Shown: positions 48,601 through 57,339 of the stretch, piece after piece
Layout: every line of letters starts with the position of its first letter
How positions within the stretch are numbered: the stretch's first letter is position 1
Origin: an uncultured virus (IMG/VR IMGVR_UViG_3300037067_026316)
Taxonomy: Duplodnaviria > Heunggongvirae > Uroviricota > Caudoviricetes
DNA length: 64,000 nucleotides
Virus record (IMG/VR): IMGVR_UViG_3300037067_026316
Direction: 5' to 3' (one strand)
Notes under the pieces: generated by a model
The model's database searches: none
Told to the model about the DNA's origin: nothing
Seen by the model: only the letters and a program-made list of their open reading frames with translations
Position numbers and translations under genes: made by a program

Positions 48601-49601
48601 CCATTTCCCCATTGAGCAACAAATTCTTTTCCTCTAATTGAATCAAATTTTTTACTCTTAGATTTATTTACGAATCTACTTATAATATCATTTAGAGATG
48701 GTTCTAAGAGAGCCATTAATACTTCTTTTTCAAGAGGCATATCTTTTATATAATTAACTAAATTTATATCATGAGTAAAAGAAGGACAGCTTATAGATAG
48801 CTTCCAAGAAGAATCTTTAGCCTTCTTCAATGAGCATGTTAAAGACATTTCATTATTTTCTTTTAATGATACATATGCCTCATAGCCTATAATATGAGGT
48901 ATTTCTGCCTTAATTGCAGCATCTTCAAAATCATAAATTCCAGCTAATGTTCCATGGTCTGTAAGGGCAACTATAGGCATCTCTCCAGCTTTGCAAAAAT
49001 CTATGATTTCCTCAGGAGAACGGACAGAATCCCCTACAGAAAAATGAGAGTGGTTGTGAAATGCTGGAAATAGATCTGTAATTATTTCTTTCTCTTTTTC
49101 TTCATAGAGAATTCTAGAAATCTCTACAGCGTATTCTTTGGCTTTCATTTCTTTCCTAAGAGCCCATGAAGGATGATTTAAAGTAACATGCCTAATTTTT
49201 AAAGCTTTAAGAGCTTCATCTGCTATTTTTCCAAGAGCTACAACTTTTTTAAGTTCTGGTTGCAGAATAGTTATTTGGTCTCTCAGAAATGGATAGCAAT
49301 TTTTCATTTCTACAAATGATGGGTCCCTATTGTTCGGCGGTCTGCATTTTAATACATTTAATAAAGTATAATTTCCTTCATTTATAATTGATAAAGCTTC
49401 TCTTAAGAATTGGCCTGAAGGCCCACAGAAAGGTATCCCTTTCTCAGCTTCAACTTCCCCAGGAGCTTCTCCTACAAAGATAAGGTCTGTAGGGTCTTTT
49501 TCATCATTTAACGATACTATTGATCCTACGACATGGCATAGCTCAACTTGCGGGCATATAGAGCAATCCCTTATTGCCTTTGATATTTCAGTAATATCCA
49601 T
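45606..49601 (-). CDS. dnaE: Family-4 uracil-DNA glycosylase fused to family C DNA polymerase (DnaE/Pol III alpha)
   Basis: UDG: CSIC, GEAPG, KCRPP, HPS. PHP: HNHSHFS, ALTDHG, TTDSHY. Polymerase: GPGRGSAGGS, PDIDLD, KFDILGL, FQEQ, YGFNRSHA. Confidence 0.93.
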   Translation of the reverse strand: MDITEISKAIRDCSICPQVELCHVVGSIVSLNDEKDPTDLIFVGEAPGEVEAEKGIPFCGPSGQFLREALSIINEGNYTLLNVLKCRPPNNRDPSFVEMKNCYPFLRDQITILQPELKKVVALGKIADEALKALKIRHVTLNHPSWALRKEMKAKEYAVEISRILYEEKEKEIITDLFPAFHNHSHFSVGDSVRSPEEIIDFCKAGEMPIVALTDHGTLAGIYDFEDAAIKAEIPHIIGYEAYVSLKENNEMSLTCSLKKAKDSSWKLSISCPSFTHDINLVNYIKDMPLEKEVLMALLEPSLNDIISRFVNKSKSKKFDSIRGKEFVAQWGNGKVESGHMNIWVISPEGWQNLLYLHNEGARKSTTRKVVISLDSLKEHARGLIFGSACIGGLLAQQLLHLGEEAALEWLRDLANVLRAQDSTIMLEVMPHLEVRIPPKEGRNGLSQAELNRFLIYAGRKLSLNVIATTDSHYNRPEDKEIKMQAMAMAYHDRSIINPDSDYFLGNSYYFMSRSEIIKALSIGEEAIGIKPEEVGNIIHVSYLFTSKMAMLTQDFKLPRIFAPMNIDPGIDFEFEIWESWNFLKMTKFDNPDIIQIYEDRLRLEVDRIKRKGFGWYFKIMKRFSDRLIERGIPVGPGRGSAGGSLIAYVLGITHIDPIEHNLLFDRFMSEERNDPPDIDLDVATSRRAEAIDILSEIMGFHDIANIMDYGRWKKDMAARDVCWLLEEDQYEFEHNGAGTEVIQPIINNIVDHIRYRGTHASGFVGFDNLDSLFPLAKLAANREIPSIEFELNTLNRLGIAKFDILGLTELDNIYMMEDLETHKPILDMASYQGDYVESPILQRMIDEGLWDNYEFKVNKLPPEEIKRLLELACRYPVGLFQIKTSAGNNTMNELKPSTFEELIHVLAINRPGPRESGMVDLYKKRKFDKEPYVPLISTSETYGCPIFQEQILVILNKVFGMSLGQADEVRRYISKKKLEKLQEVEEGLVEYLSDPERKVIWDQVMNWAAYGFNRSHATAYAVLSIMTIWAKDRMPATFYAHVLNLETDKVKRRAALREARDIGISILRPNINFSHGNDFVTYQTSIALEDKKKIILGFNTVKGLAEKTSMKIAEKLSEEKELTDRQVSLLERAGFSGPSDQPFLSSSLPLDSVEVVPWHTYNFNQASILDMAPGDSGQMTLILYEGLDHIVRVEDNSGAFRLYSQGIPITKEDLKVGILNGLIFKGQNDKIYLIEKEGYSNPERPTNPTPAGFRVVYATKPINSKAGNWYILALMKTPLRDNSEVRIIESIIMAPEEYLKKIRRGAILVGNYGNGFFRWEYEKQLGEIKK

Positions 49602-49638
49602 TTTTATACATCCTAAAAATAAATAATAGAGAAGATAT

Positions 49639-51063
49639 TTACAGAATCTTCTCTTCTACTTTATCTTCTAAAAATTTAGGTCTCCTAGGCTTTTTCTCTT
49701 CCTTCTTCTCTTCTGCTGGATCAGGATCAGAAGCAGGAGTAAGAGGAGATCCCAGGGATTTTAGATCTATTCCCTTTATATCTTCTGTTATTGGGGTATC
49801 TATTGGAAAATCTTCTTTCAGCTTATCAGGCAAAATGATATCTTCATCAGCTTCAGAATCATCTACAGCCCAAACAGCATAAGCAGTCCGGGAAAGACGA
49901 ATCTTCTCGCTCTTAGAATACTGCTGGATCTTAACTAAGACTCTAATCCTAGCAGCATTAAAAATGATATTGTCACCTGCTTCCTCGATGATATCCCTTT
50001 GCACATCTGCGCTATCCATTAATCTAACCGTTGTAGCATCTGAAAAGAAGCTTTCTATCTTCAGAAGTTGTATAGGCCCTTTCTCTCCTTCTGCAATCCA
50101 GTACCGCCCTGGGATTGCATCATAGATAATAAATTCTTCAAGATGGATTTCTGCAGTCTCATCAGATAAATCTGCTATAATAGGAATGTCTGATGGATAT
50201 CCTATCGGAGATTGATCTTTAGCCTCATGCCAGTCTCCAATATTAATGAAGCCTTTATTCTCTACAATAGTGGTATTCAGTATCTTACCATGAGGAGCCT
50301 TAAGCCAAGAGTCAGGTTTAAGACTTGAACCCTCAATAAGAGAACTAGTCCCATCTTTGTTGTCTACAAGTAGAGCTACATATATCCCCTCAAGCTCATA
50401 TTCTCCTCTTTCAGTAACACCTCTCCTTACGTAGGGCTGCCCCATAGCTACAAGCCTACAACGAGCTCTAATATCCCCTGGTATAAAATCAGGCAGCTTC
50501 TTATCCGACAGTGCCAATTCTGATAAAGTAGTAAAATCTCCTTTCTGAGATAAGACTATATTATAAGGCGCTCCAAATTCAATATTAGGAGCCGTGCCCC
50601 AATGAATTGCTCTTATTATTTCCCAGTCTTTACCAGGCTGGTCAGGCTCTAGCATCAATTGAAGCCATCTAAACTTAGCATTCTGAGGTCCATTTGCTGT
50701 TTTGGTCTTGTCCATTGATATGAATACTCCAAGCCTTACCGTCTTGCCAATGTATCTCTGAGCCATTATATTTCTCAGAGAGTTGATAACCATCTCCTCA
50801 GGAGGAGTAGGAATCTTCCATCTTGCAAAAGCTGATCTCCATTTGCTGAGTTGCCCTATGAATTCATTCCAGACAGCTTTGCTATCCTGGGATAAGTCTC
50901 CTGCGATTTTTTCGCATGCCTCTCTATCTCCTATGATAGACTTCTCAATTGATTCCTTATCTGTTCCATATCTCATTACCTTTAAAGCAACGTAAAATTG
51001 TGGTTGCCCCAAACTCTCAGCCAATTGTTTTAGTTCTTGATTGTCCATAATATCTTCCTCCAT
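49639..51063 (-). CDS. Hypothetical protein, possibly OB-fold ssDNA-binding
   Basis: Next to the polymerase; beta-rich core with acidic/Pro-rich tail; no diagnostic motif. Confidence 0.4.
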   Translation of the reverse strand: MEEDIMDNQELKQLAESLGQPQFYVALKVMRYGTDKESIEKSIIGDREACEKIAGDLSQDSKAVWNEFIGQLSKWRSAFARWKIPTPPEEMVINSLRNIMAQRYIGKTVRLGVFISMDKTKTANGPQNAKFRWLQLMLEPDQPGKDWEIIRAIHWGTAPNIEFGAPYNIVLSQKGDFTTLSELALSDKKLPDFIPGDIRARCRLVAMGQPYVRRGVTERGEYELEGIYVALLVDNKDGTSSLIEGSSLKPDSWLKAPHGKILNTTIVENKGFINIGDWHEAKDQSPIGYPSDIPIIADLSDETAEIHLEEFIIYDAIPGRYWIAEGEKGPIQLLKIESFFSDATTVRLMDSADVQRDIIEEAGDNIIFNAARIRVLVKIQQYSKSEKIRLSRTAYAVWAVDDSEADEDIILPDKLKEDFPIDTPITEDIKGIDLKSLGSPLTPASDPDPAEEKKEEKKPRRPKFLEDKVEEKIL

Positions 51064-51441
51064 TTACTTTTTTATGCCTGCAAGAATCAATCTTAATAGA
51101 TAAGCCATATCATCTTCTTCTTGTAGCTTCTCTAGCCCCTTAAAAGATAATGTATCTCCAGACTTCAATTTATTTATGATCCTTGTAGCATATTGTTCTA
51201 CATTTTCATCTTCCTCTGGATAGGCCCACCGGGAACCATCCGAAGCAGAGATTCTCTGCAGAACTCTTACTGTTGCTATTTGTAACTGCGCAAATGGGCA
51301 ATTTACATAATGATCGCTCAGACGTTTTATAGTATCATCATAGCGCTCACTTGGAAATCCTATTTTTTGCAACAGATCCCTTGTAGCAACGGTAAGAGCA
51401 ATAGTTGTACTACATGTACTTATTGGATTTTCTTCCTTCAT
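51064..51441 (-). CDS. Archaeal-type RHH-like DNA-binding protein
   Basis: TTIALTVATRDLLQKIG...ERYDDTIKRL. Confidence 0.6.
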   Translation of the reverse strand: MKEENPISTCSTTIALTVATRDLLQKIGFPSERYDDTIKRLSDHYVNCPFAQLQIATVRVLQRISASDGSRWAYPEEDENVEQYATRIINKLKSGDTLSFKGLEKLQEEDDMAYLLRLILAGIKK

Positions 51442-51595
51442 AATATCTCCAGCTTTACCATAAGACCATAAATACCAGCTATGGCATAATATTTATAGTT
51501 TCCGGAAAGCTGACACTGATAATTTTTTCTAAGCTATAGCGTGGACATAATTATAAATAGTATAACCACCTATGTGTAATTAGGAGGTAGAAGCT

Positions 51596-51937
51596 TTGAT
51601 AAAATCATATAGTAGAGATGTTATTCCCGGCCTAGAATGCGAAAAAGTAAGAAGTATAGATGGGTCTTACCTAGCATTCTATGATGATGAGATGCCTAAG
51701 TGGAAGGTAATTCCAACAAAAACAAAAGGGAGATTCTCTCTCTATCACTTAAATCAAAGAGGAGATTATGGTTGGCATTTTCAGGAAGTTGTTGGTAGGT
51801 TGCCAGATGTACTTTTCCAGATAGCTATGCATGAGGCTTTTGAAAGAAGATTGATTAAACCCAATGATAAAAAATATATAAATTGGAATCTAAATGATAT
51901 GGTTAAATTATTGAGAGGTAAAGTTAAGGAGGTTTAA
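51596..51937 (+). CDS. Hypothetical protein
   Basis: GGAGGT RBS before the TTG start; first gene after the divergent promoter region. Confidence 0.6.
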   Translation: MIKSYSRDVIPGLECEKVRSIDGSYLAFYDDEMPKWKVIPTKTKGRFSLYHLNQRGDYGWHFQEVVGRLPDVLFQIAMHEAFERRLIKPNDKKYINWNLNDMVKLLRGKVKEV

Positions 51938-51939
51938 AG

Positions 51940-52884
51940 ATGGAAATAGAGAAAAGAAAAATTAGCGAACTATCAAGGCGCTCTCCATTCTCAGAATATA
52001 GCGGGCTAATAACTAAAGATACAACATTACAAGATAAGTATAGAATTTATAGAGAGAAAATAAAGCAGTCAATGATTGATCACGGATTCGATCCATCTAA
52101 GCCTATTGATGTATGGAAGAGCTACAATATTCAAGAACTTATAGTTGTAGATGGCTATACCAGATTAGATATAGCAGAAGAAATAGGCTTGGACGAAGTT
52201 TATATAGCTCTTCATGAATTTGCTTCTACAGAAGAAGCTCTTATTTATGCAATTCATAATCAAGAAGCTAGGAGACCTTCTACAGATTACACTATTTTGG
52301 TAGGTGTTCAAATGATGGATGCTTATCATAGACCTCAAAAAGGAAAAGTATCCACTGATAGCAGGAAACCTTCTCAGAAGACAATAAAAGAAGTAGCAAA
52401 GACTCTTGGAGTAAATAGAAATACAGTAGAAAAAGCAAGAACAATTATCAGCGATACAGAAAGAAAGAAAGACAAAAAGATAATAGAAGAAGTAAGGGAA
52501 GGAAAGAAAAGTATCAATTCAGCATATAATGCTACTATGCTAGAGAGGCTGCAGAACTATGCTAAGATGAAGAATGAATTAGGGATAGTCTCATGGAAGG
52601 ACCCCAGGGAGCGAAGCCGGTTAGCAGCTCAAGCTCTAATTGGCGATGGTACAGCAAACCGATTTGATTATGTAGCAGCTAGAGACAATAAAATTGCTCA
52701 AAAAGTCCTAAATGGAAATATGACCTGTAACGCTGCCTATAGGCTGCTAAAAAGTAAAGAACCTCCTGCAGGTCAAAAGGAAGCAATCAGTAATTTCATG
52801 AACATAATAAAAGATCTTAAATGCCCTATCTGTGGTGGACCTGCTTCAAAATGTATTAGCTGGATCTGTAATGAAAAGGCTTAA
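51940..52884 (+). CDS. ParB/Srx-like protein with HTH
   Basis: SMIDHGFD..PIDV, IVVDGYTRL, NQEARR; HTH EVAKTLGVNRNTV. Confidence 0.8.
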   Translation: MEIEKRKISELSRRSPFSEYSGLITKDTTLQDKYRIYREKIKQSMIDHGFDPSKPIDVWKSYNIQELIVVDGYTRLDIAEEIGLDEVYIALHEFASTEEALIYAIHNQEARRPSTDYTILVGVQMMDAYHRPQKGKVSTDSRKPSQKTIKEVAKTLGVNRNTVEKARTIISDTERKKDKKIIEEVREGKKSINSAYNATMLERLQNYAKMKNELGIVSWKDPRERSRLAAQALIGDGTANRFDYVAARDNKIAQKVLNGNMTCNAAYRLLKSKEPPAGQKEAISNFMNIIKDLKCPICGGPASKCISWICNEKA

Positions 52885-52914
52885 GTTCCTTTAATTTCAT
52901 TTTGTTTTTAAGGA

Positions 52915-53571
52915 TTGATTAACTTGGATACTAATAAAATAGATCATATATCAGCATCGCAAATACATACATGGCTATATTGCCAAAGATCTTATCATTT
53001 TAAGTATAATCTGAAATTGCCACAGGCATCTAGCTGTTTTATGTCGCGAGGGAAGGTATTTCATGAGCGGATCGCAAAGGCTCTCCAAGAAAAAAAGGAA
53101 CCTAAACTTCCTAAAAGATGGTTAGCGAATTACAAAGCAATAGCTGAGCGCTTAAATTTTTCAGACGATCTCTTGATAGAGGAAAAAGTTGAGACAAAGA
53201 TAGATGGGTATAATGTCTTAGGATACATCGATGTTATAGATTATAAGAGAGCCCTTATTGTAGACTGGAAATTTGGAAGGAAGATTTCCAAGTACAACGT
53301 TCAAGGATATTTATATAAAAGGTTAGTAAAAGAAATATACAATATAGACTGTGATGTAGCTTTTTGTTTTATACCATCTCTATCGATTAATCCAATGTAC
53401 CCTGCAGATTATGCTGATGGAGAAAGCATCTTTAATTCTTTCATAAAAAAGCCACAAGATAGCAATTTTAAATTCTACCCTAGCTCACGAAAATGTCAAA
53501 TGTGCGGTTATTATATGTACTGCATGAATCCCGAGGTGATCTCTGCTCTTGAAGGACCAAAAGATATTTAA
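52915..53571 (+). CDS. Cas4-like/RecB-type PD-(D/E)XK nuclease
   Basis: ISASQI...C, G..FHE, GYIDVID, IVDWK, Q..LY, C-terminal CQMC.Y..YC (four-Cys arrangement). Confidence 0.85.
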   Translation: MINLDTNKIDHISASQIHTWLYCQRSYHFKYNLKLPQASSCFMSRGKVFHERIAKALQEKKEPKLPKRWLANYKAIAERLNFSDDLLIEEKVETKIDGYNVLGYIDVIDYKRALIVDWKFGRKISKYNVQGYLYKRLVKEIYNIDCDVAFCFIPSLSINPMYPADYADGESIFNSFIKKPQDSNFKFYPSSRKCQMCGYYMYCMNPEVISALEGPKDI

Positions 53572-53596
53572 GCTATGCCCTCCTAAATAGGGACTA

Positions 53597-53700
53597 TGGT
53601 AAAGGAGCATATAGTTGTGAGGCCTAAAAGCTTAAAAACGCTAGGTTGTTTTGCCCTCCTTTACCAGTTTAGTCTCCGTTCCTGGCGGCTTTGGGCCTCA
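53597..53700 (+). ncRNA. Candidate structured RNA with crossing helices
   Basis: TGGTAAAGGAG (53597-53607)/CTCCTTTACCA (53656-53666) and TGAGGCCTAAAAGC (53618-53631)/GCTTTGGGCCTCA (53688-53700); TATA-like motif at 53567. Confidence 0.45.
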
Positions 53701-53879
53701 TCTTTTAAAAGGGAGATATAAGAAATGAAGAAGTGCATATATCAAGTTCAAACCGACAGTAGAAAATTGTGTAGCCATCCTGATAATCCCTCTGTAGAAT
53801 GTGATAAAGAGGGCATTCATTGCCTGCTATTTGAAGAGGCAGAATAATCAGGAGAATTACTTAGTTTTGAAGAGATAGA

Positions 53880-54269
53880 ATGATTGAATTTGAGTATTCA
53901 GAACAAATATCAGAATGGATAAGCACAGATAGATTAATCCATATAATTAATGATTCTAAAACAAATATCCTTAATTGCTGTAAAGATAGAAATGAACATG
54001 GTATATTTAGAATAATTGTATTGAAATCAGAAGATATATTATATATCTTCTATGGCGCTGGATATCATGATTCTGAAGGGTACATTTATGATCGATGGTA
54101 CTTTGATTTTTATCTTAATTATCTATATATGGTAGATAACAATTATAGTAAAAAGAGTATTATAAATACAATTAAATTAGAGAGTTCTTGGTTTGAAAAA
54201 AAATCTAAAACATATAAAGGGATACATAATAATTGCAGATGTAATCTCAGTTATTACAGAGAGGTATAA
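53880..54269 (+). CDS. Hypothetical protein
   Basis: ORF track; FYGAGYHD motif. Confidence 0.55.
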   Translation: MIEFEYSEQISEWISTDRLIHIINDSKTNILNCCKDRNEHGIFRIIVLKSEDILYIFYGAGYHDSEGYIYDRWYFDFYLNYLYMVDNNYSKKSIINTIKLESSWFEKKSKTYKGIHNNCRCNLSYYREV

Positions 54270-54413
54270 ATGTTGTGCAAATATTTAACAACTGATAAAT
54301 GTGCTAAATTTGGTTTAAACAAAGCATGTCCCTATATGCCGTATTCATACACCCAATGCATAGAAGCAAAACCAGCTAAGGAAGTAGCAACAAGAACAAA
54401 AGGAGGATAAGAT

Positions 54414-54959
54414 ATGGATCTAAGCCCAAATTTAAGTCCGGATGATAAGGAAATATTGAAGTGTTTTATTAAAACAGATAAACCTGAGGGAGTAATACTC
54501 CTTGATATAAAAAATCCTTTGCCGTTTTTAGTAGCGTTTAGGATAGGCTGGTTTATGGAGAATTCTCTAGAATATTATACTCCATGGACCCCTATAACTC
54601 CAGATTACCTAAAAGCAATAGCAGCTTATTTAGCATGGACAGGAGTATTTAGAAATGTAATGATCAAATGCCAGATTAAGGCAATAGATCCAGATATAAA
54701 AGATGTAATATATAATTCTATTCATGAAATATTTACTAAATTTGCCTGTAAAGGAAATGTTAGAGAAGGAACCATATCTTCGGATGGGTTATGCAAGATG
54801 GAAGATAAAGGTTTCTTTACTACAGAAAATGTTGTTCCTCCTAAAATAAATGTAGAATTTGAATGTGGAACCCGCGAAGAACTAAATCCTACTGAGGAGG
54901 ATTTGTTACAATCATTAGATGAAGCATTCCGGTATATTCTTAGAGAGGAAAAAGAATGA
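54414..54959 (+). CDS. Hypothetical protein
   Basis: GGAGG RBS. Confidence 0.6.
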   Translation: MDLSPNLSPDDKEILKCFIKTDKPEGVILLDIKNPLPFLVAFRIGWFMENSLEYYTPWTPITPDYLKAIAAYLAWTGVFRNVMIKCQIKAIDPDIKDVIYNSIHEIFTKFACKGNVREGTISSDGLCKMEDKGFFTTENVVPPKINVEFECGTREELNPTEEDLLQSLDEAFRYILREEKE

Positions 54960-55291
54960 ATTTTCTTAGAGTATGGACCTGTAGTCGAACTCATGATAAG
55001 ATATATATCAAAAGTGAGGATCGCAAACCTTTATGCCCGATTTGCGGCGGTTTTATGTCTAAAGCTAGGGGAGATGGAATACCAGCTCTCTTAGCACAAC
55101 ATAAAGAAATAGAAGTTGAAGTATTCGATGAAGAAGAAGAAATAGAAGAAATAGAAGAGGAGCCTTACGACGTATATCCTGAAAAGCCTCAAAGAATAAC
55201 TCCAGAAGAGCCAAAACAAAAAGAAGAGATTTCATTAACTCTAAAAGAATCGCTAGGAAAGAAAAGAAGAAATAAAGAGGTTAAACTATGA
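54956..55291 (+). CDS. Zinc-finger protein with acidic tail
   Basis: CSRTH...CPICG. Confidence 0.6.
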   Translation: MNFLRVWTCSRTHDKIYIKSEDRKPLCPICGGFMSKARGDGIPALLAQHKEIEVEVFDEEEEIEEIEEEPYDVYPEKPQRITPEEPKQKEEISLTLKESLGKKRRNKEVKL

Positions 55292-55524
55292 GCGAAGAGT
55301 CTAAATTTGATCCAATGATTGTTACAGGAGCTAAATGCATTCTTTGTAATAGCCCTGTAGTAGTAAAGTTGCCTATTAGAATGTACTTAGAAGGTAAGAT
55401 GATAGGAGAAGTAAATATGGTATGTACTAATCCTAAATGCATGGCAATAGGCACTGCAGGATTAGTAGTTAAAAGATGCGATTTTGTGCAGCCTAAAAAG
55501 GGACCTGTCCCTATGGAGGAGTAA
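55288..55524 (+). CDS. Small zinc-finger protein
   Basis: CILC...CTNPKC. Confidence 0.6.
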   Translation: MSEESKFDPMIVTGAKCILCNSPVVVKLPIRMYLEGKMIGEVNMVCTNPKCMAIGTAGLVVKRCDFVQPKKGPVPMEE

Positions 55525-55763
55525 TGGTAAGGGTAGATATGAGTGTTCTCTTGCATTTCTCAGGGCCTGATTGCATTGAATGTAGTTGCCCAATGCTTCT
55601 TGAAAATGAGAAGACAAAAGAACTTACCGAAGGCAATCCTGTTATGGGCCTCCAGTCCGGAGCGAATGGAGAATGTATCTTCAAAGGAATTTTCTATTGC
55701 CCTGAATGTGGAGATGAAATTGATGGATCAGCCATTCTAAGCAAAGCATGGCTATTAGGGTAG
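55524..55763 (+). CDS. Small zinc-finger protein
   Basis: CIEC...CPECG; GGAGG RBS. Confidence 0.6.
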   Translation: MVRVDMSVLLHFSGPDCIECSCPMLLENEKTKELTEGNPVMGLQSGANGECIFKGIFYCPECGDEIDGSAILSKAWLLG

Positions 55764-55773
55764 GTGAATTTAT

Positions 55774-56157
55774 ATGAATAAGGAAAAAGGCAAAAGAAAA
55801 GAATTACCTAAAGAAAGAGAAGAAGTAATACAATTTAGGAAGGATCTGGCAGAAGGGAAGATAACAAGTTATGATCAATTCCCGGAAGAGTTTTGGGGAT
55901 TAGGAATGCTTCTAGGAGTATCATACTTAGATGAAATTGAAATCTTCAACAAGATAACAAATAAAGGAAAAGAAGAAGGAATGGGAAAGGACCTTGTTGT
56001 ACATTTCTTTTCTGAGGCTAAGGATATGATAAACCATAGCCGGGAAGCTGAAGCTCTAATTATTGCATATTGGATAGGTAAAATTTTTGGAATCTATCGG
56101 AGAAATGTAAGAGAAGACGAAGTAAATAAGTTAATGGCTAACACCAAAGGAGGATAG
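55774..56157 (+). CDS. Paralog 1 of a tandem small helical protein family
   Basis: WGLGMLLG..DEIEIF...IGKIFG. Confidence 0.65.
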   Translation: MNKEKGKRKELPKEREEVIQFRKDLAEGKITSYDQFPEEFWGLGMLLGVSYLDEIEIFNKITNKGKEEGMGKDLVVHFFSEAKDMINHSREAEALIIAYWIGKIFGIYRRNVREDEVNKLMANTKGG

Positions 56158-56159
56158 AA

Positions 56160-56387
56160 ATGCAATCTGAACAAGGCTGGATGTTTTGCGAAACCCTGGG
56201 GACAAATGTATCTAAAGAAGAAGAATCTAAAGTCTTTAATCAATTAATGAAGATGAAAGGTCTATTTGTAAACCCCAGGGATTTTGTAAAAGCAGCATTA
56301 AGCATAATCAATGAGACAGAAGATAACGAGAAGAAGCTAATTATAATGGCAACTACAGGTAAAATAATTGGATTCTTCAGTGGATAA
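56160..56387 (+). CDS. Paralog 2 of the tandem family
   Basis: WMFCETLG..EEESKVF...TGKIIG. Confidence 0.65.
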   Translation: MQSEQGWMFCETLGTNVSKEEESKVFNQLMKMKGLFVNPRDFVKAALSIINETEDNEKKLIIMATTGKIIGFFSG

Positions 56388-56400
56388 GGAGGTAAAGAAT

Positions 56401-56673
56401 ATGGGCGGATGGTCAATAGGAGAGCTCTTCGGATTCGATAAGGAAAAAGAAGATGAGATATTAACTAAAGTTCGAAAAGTAGTAATTGACAATCAAGAAA
56501 CAGTAGATGGGGGAAAGTTAGTTCTCATAGATCTTATAGAAGAAATGAAAGATACTCCTGTAGAAGAAGGAATCTTTGCCATGCTGTTATTAGGCAGAGC
56601 AATGGGAATAGAAAATGCTAAGCTATTATATGATAGTTTTGAAAAAGCTCCAGCTATAAAGGAGGAGGTATGA
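56401..56673 (+). CDS. Paralog 3 of the tandem family
   Basis: GGAGGT RBS before ATG 56401; WSIGELFG..EKEDEIL...LGRAMG. Confidence 0.65.
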   Translation: MGGWSIGELFGFDKEKEDEILTKVRKVVIDNQETVDGGKLVLIDLIEEMKDTPVEEGIFAMLLLGRAMGIENAKLLYDSFEKAPAIKEEV

Positions 56674-56882
56674 TGAGCCCATGGCGGTTCTGCGAAGTTG
56701 TGAATCTTACGGAAAAGGAAGAAGATGAGATATGGAATTTTCTCATAAAGGTTAAGAAAGAGGGAAAACAAGCTGATGAAATAGCTAGAATAATATTAGA
56801 AAAAGTCAAAGGGTTTGAAAGGAATAAAGCCTACTTATGGGCTCTTGTAACGGGAAAATTCTTTGGATTGCACGGAGTCTAA
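56670..56882 (+). CDS. Paralog 4 of the tandem family
   Basis: WRFCEVVN..KEEDEIW...TGKFFG. Confidence 0.65.
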   Translation: MMSPWRFCEVVNLTEKEEDEIWNFLIKVKKEGKQADEIARIILEKVKGFERNKAYLWALVTGKFFGLHGV

Positions 56883-57339
56883 GGTTATGGATAGACAAGC
56901 GGGAAATAAGGAAGTATATGAGGCAGATATATATTATAATGCCAAATGGAAACCAGAAGAAGAAATAGACCTCGGTAAAGGTGGAAATGCATCTCCTTGT
57001 AGATGCTTAGCTGAAAGTGATTGTAGGCCTAACATAGTTTCAAAGCCAAAAGAAGGTAGCTTTAAAGCTAGGATAGCAAAAAAACTTCAAGCTGAAAAGG
57101 AAAAGCAAAAGAGAATAGAAGTAAAGCCAAAAAAGAAAAACCTAAATTTCAGAGAATTAAAAGAGAGCAGAAGAGTATACGTCTTCCCAGGGAATAATAG
57201 AGTAATAGTTGAAAATGCATGTCGCATTGCTATTATGGATAGCGGCATACATAGAATCGAGACCACTACAGGAGAGAAGCACATAATTCCTACTGGATGG
57301 CTGCAAATTAAGATAAATAGTAAGGAGTGGAATTTTTAA
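56863..57339 (+). CDS. Hypothetical phage protein
   Basis: C-terminal R.YVFP...SG.HRI....KHIIPTGW pattern. Confidence 0.55.
   Translation: MDCTESKVMDRQAGNKEVYEADIYYNAKWKPEEEIDLGKGGNASPCRCLAESDCRPNIVSKPKEGSFKARIAKKLQAEKEKQKRIEVKPKKKNLNFRELKESRRVYVFPGNNRVIVENACRIAIMDSGIHRIETTTGEKHIIPTGWLQIKINSKEWNF

Noticed and set aside
52915..53571. Cas4 as part of a CRISPR-Cas locus with the RAMP gene
   Set aside because: It lies ~50 kb away in the replication module; stand-alone Cas4-like nucleases are common in viruses.
53597..53700. tRNA gene
   Set aside because: No cloverleaf or T-loop (GTTCRA) motif; I saw no tRNA anywhere in the window.
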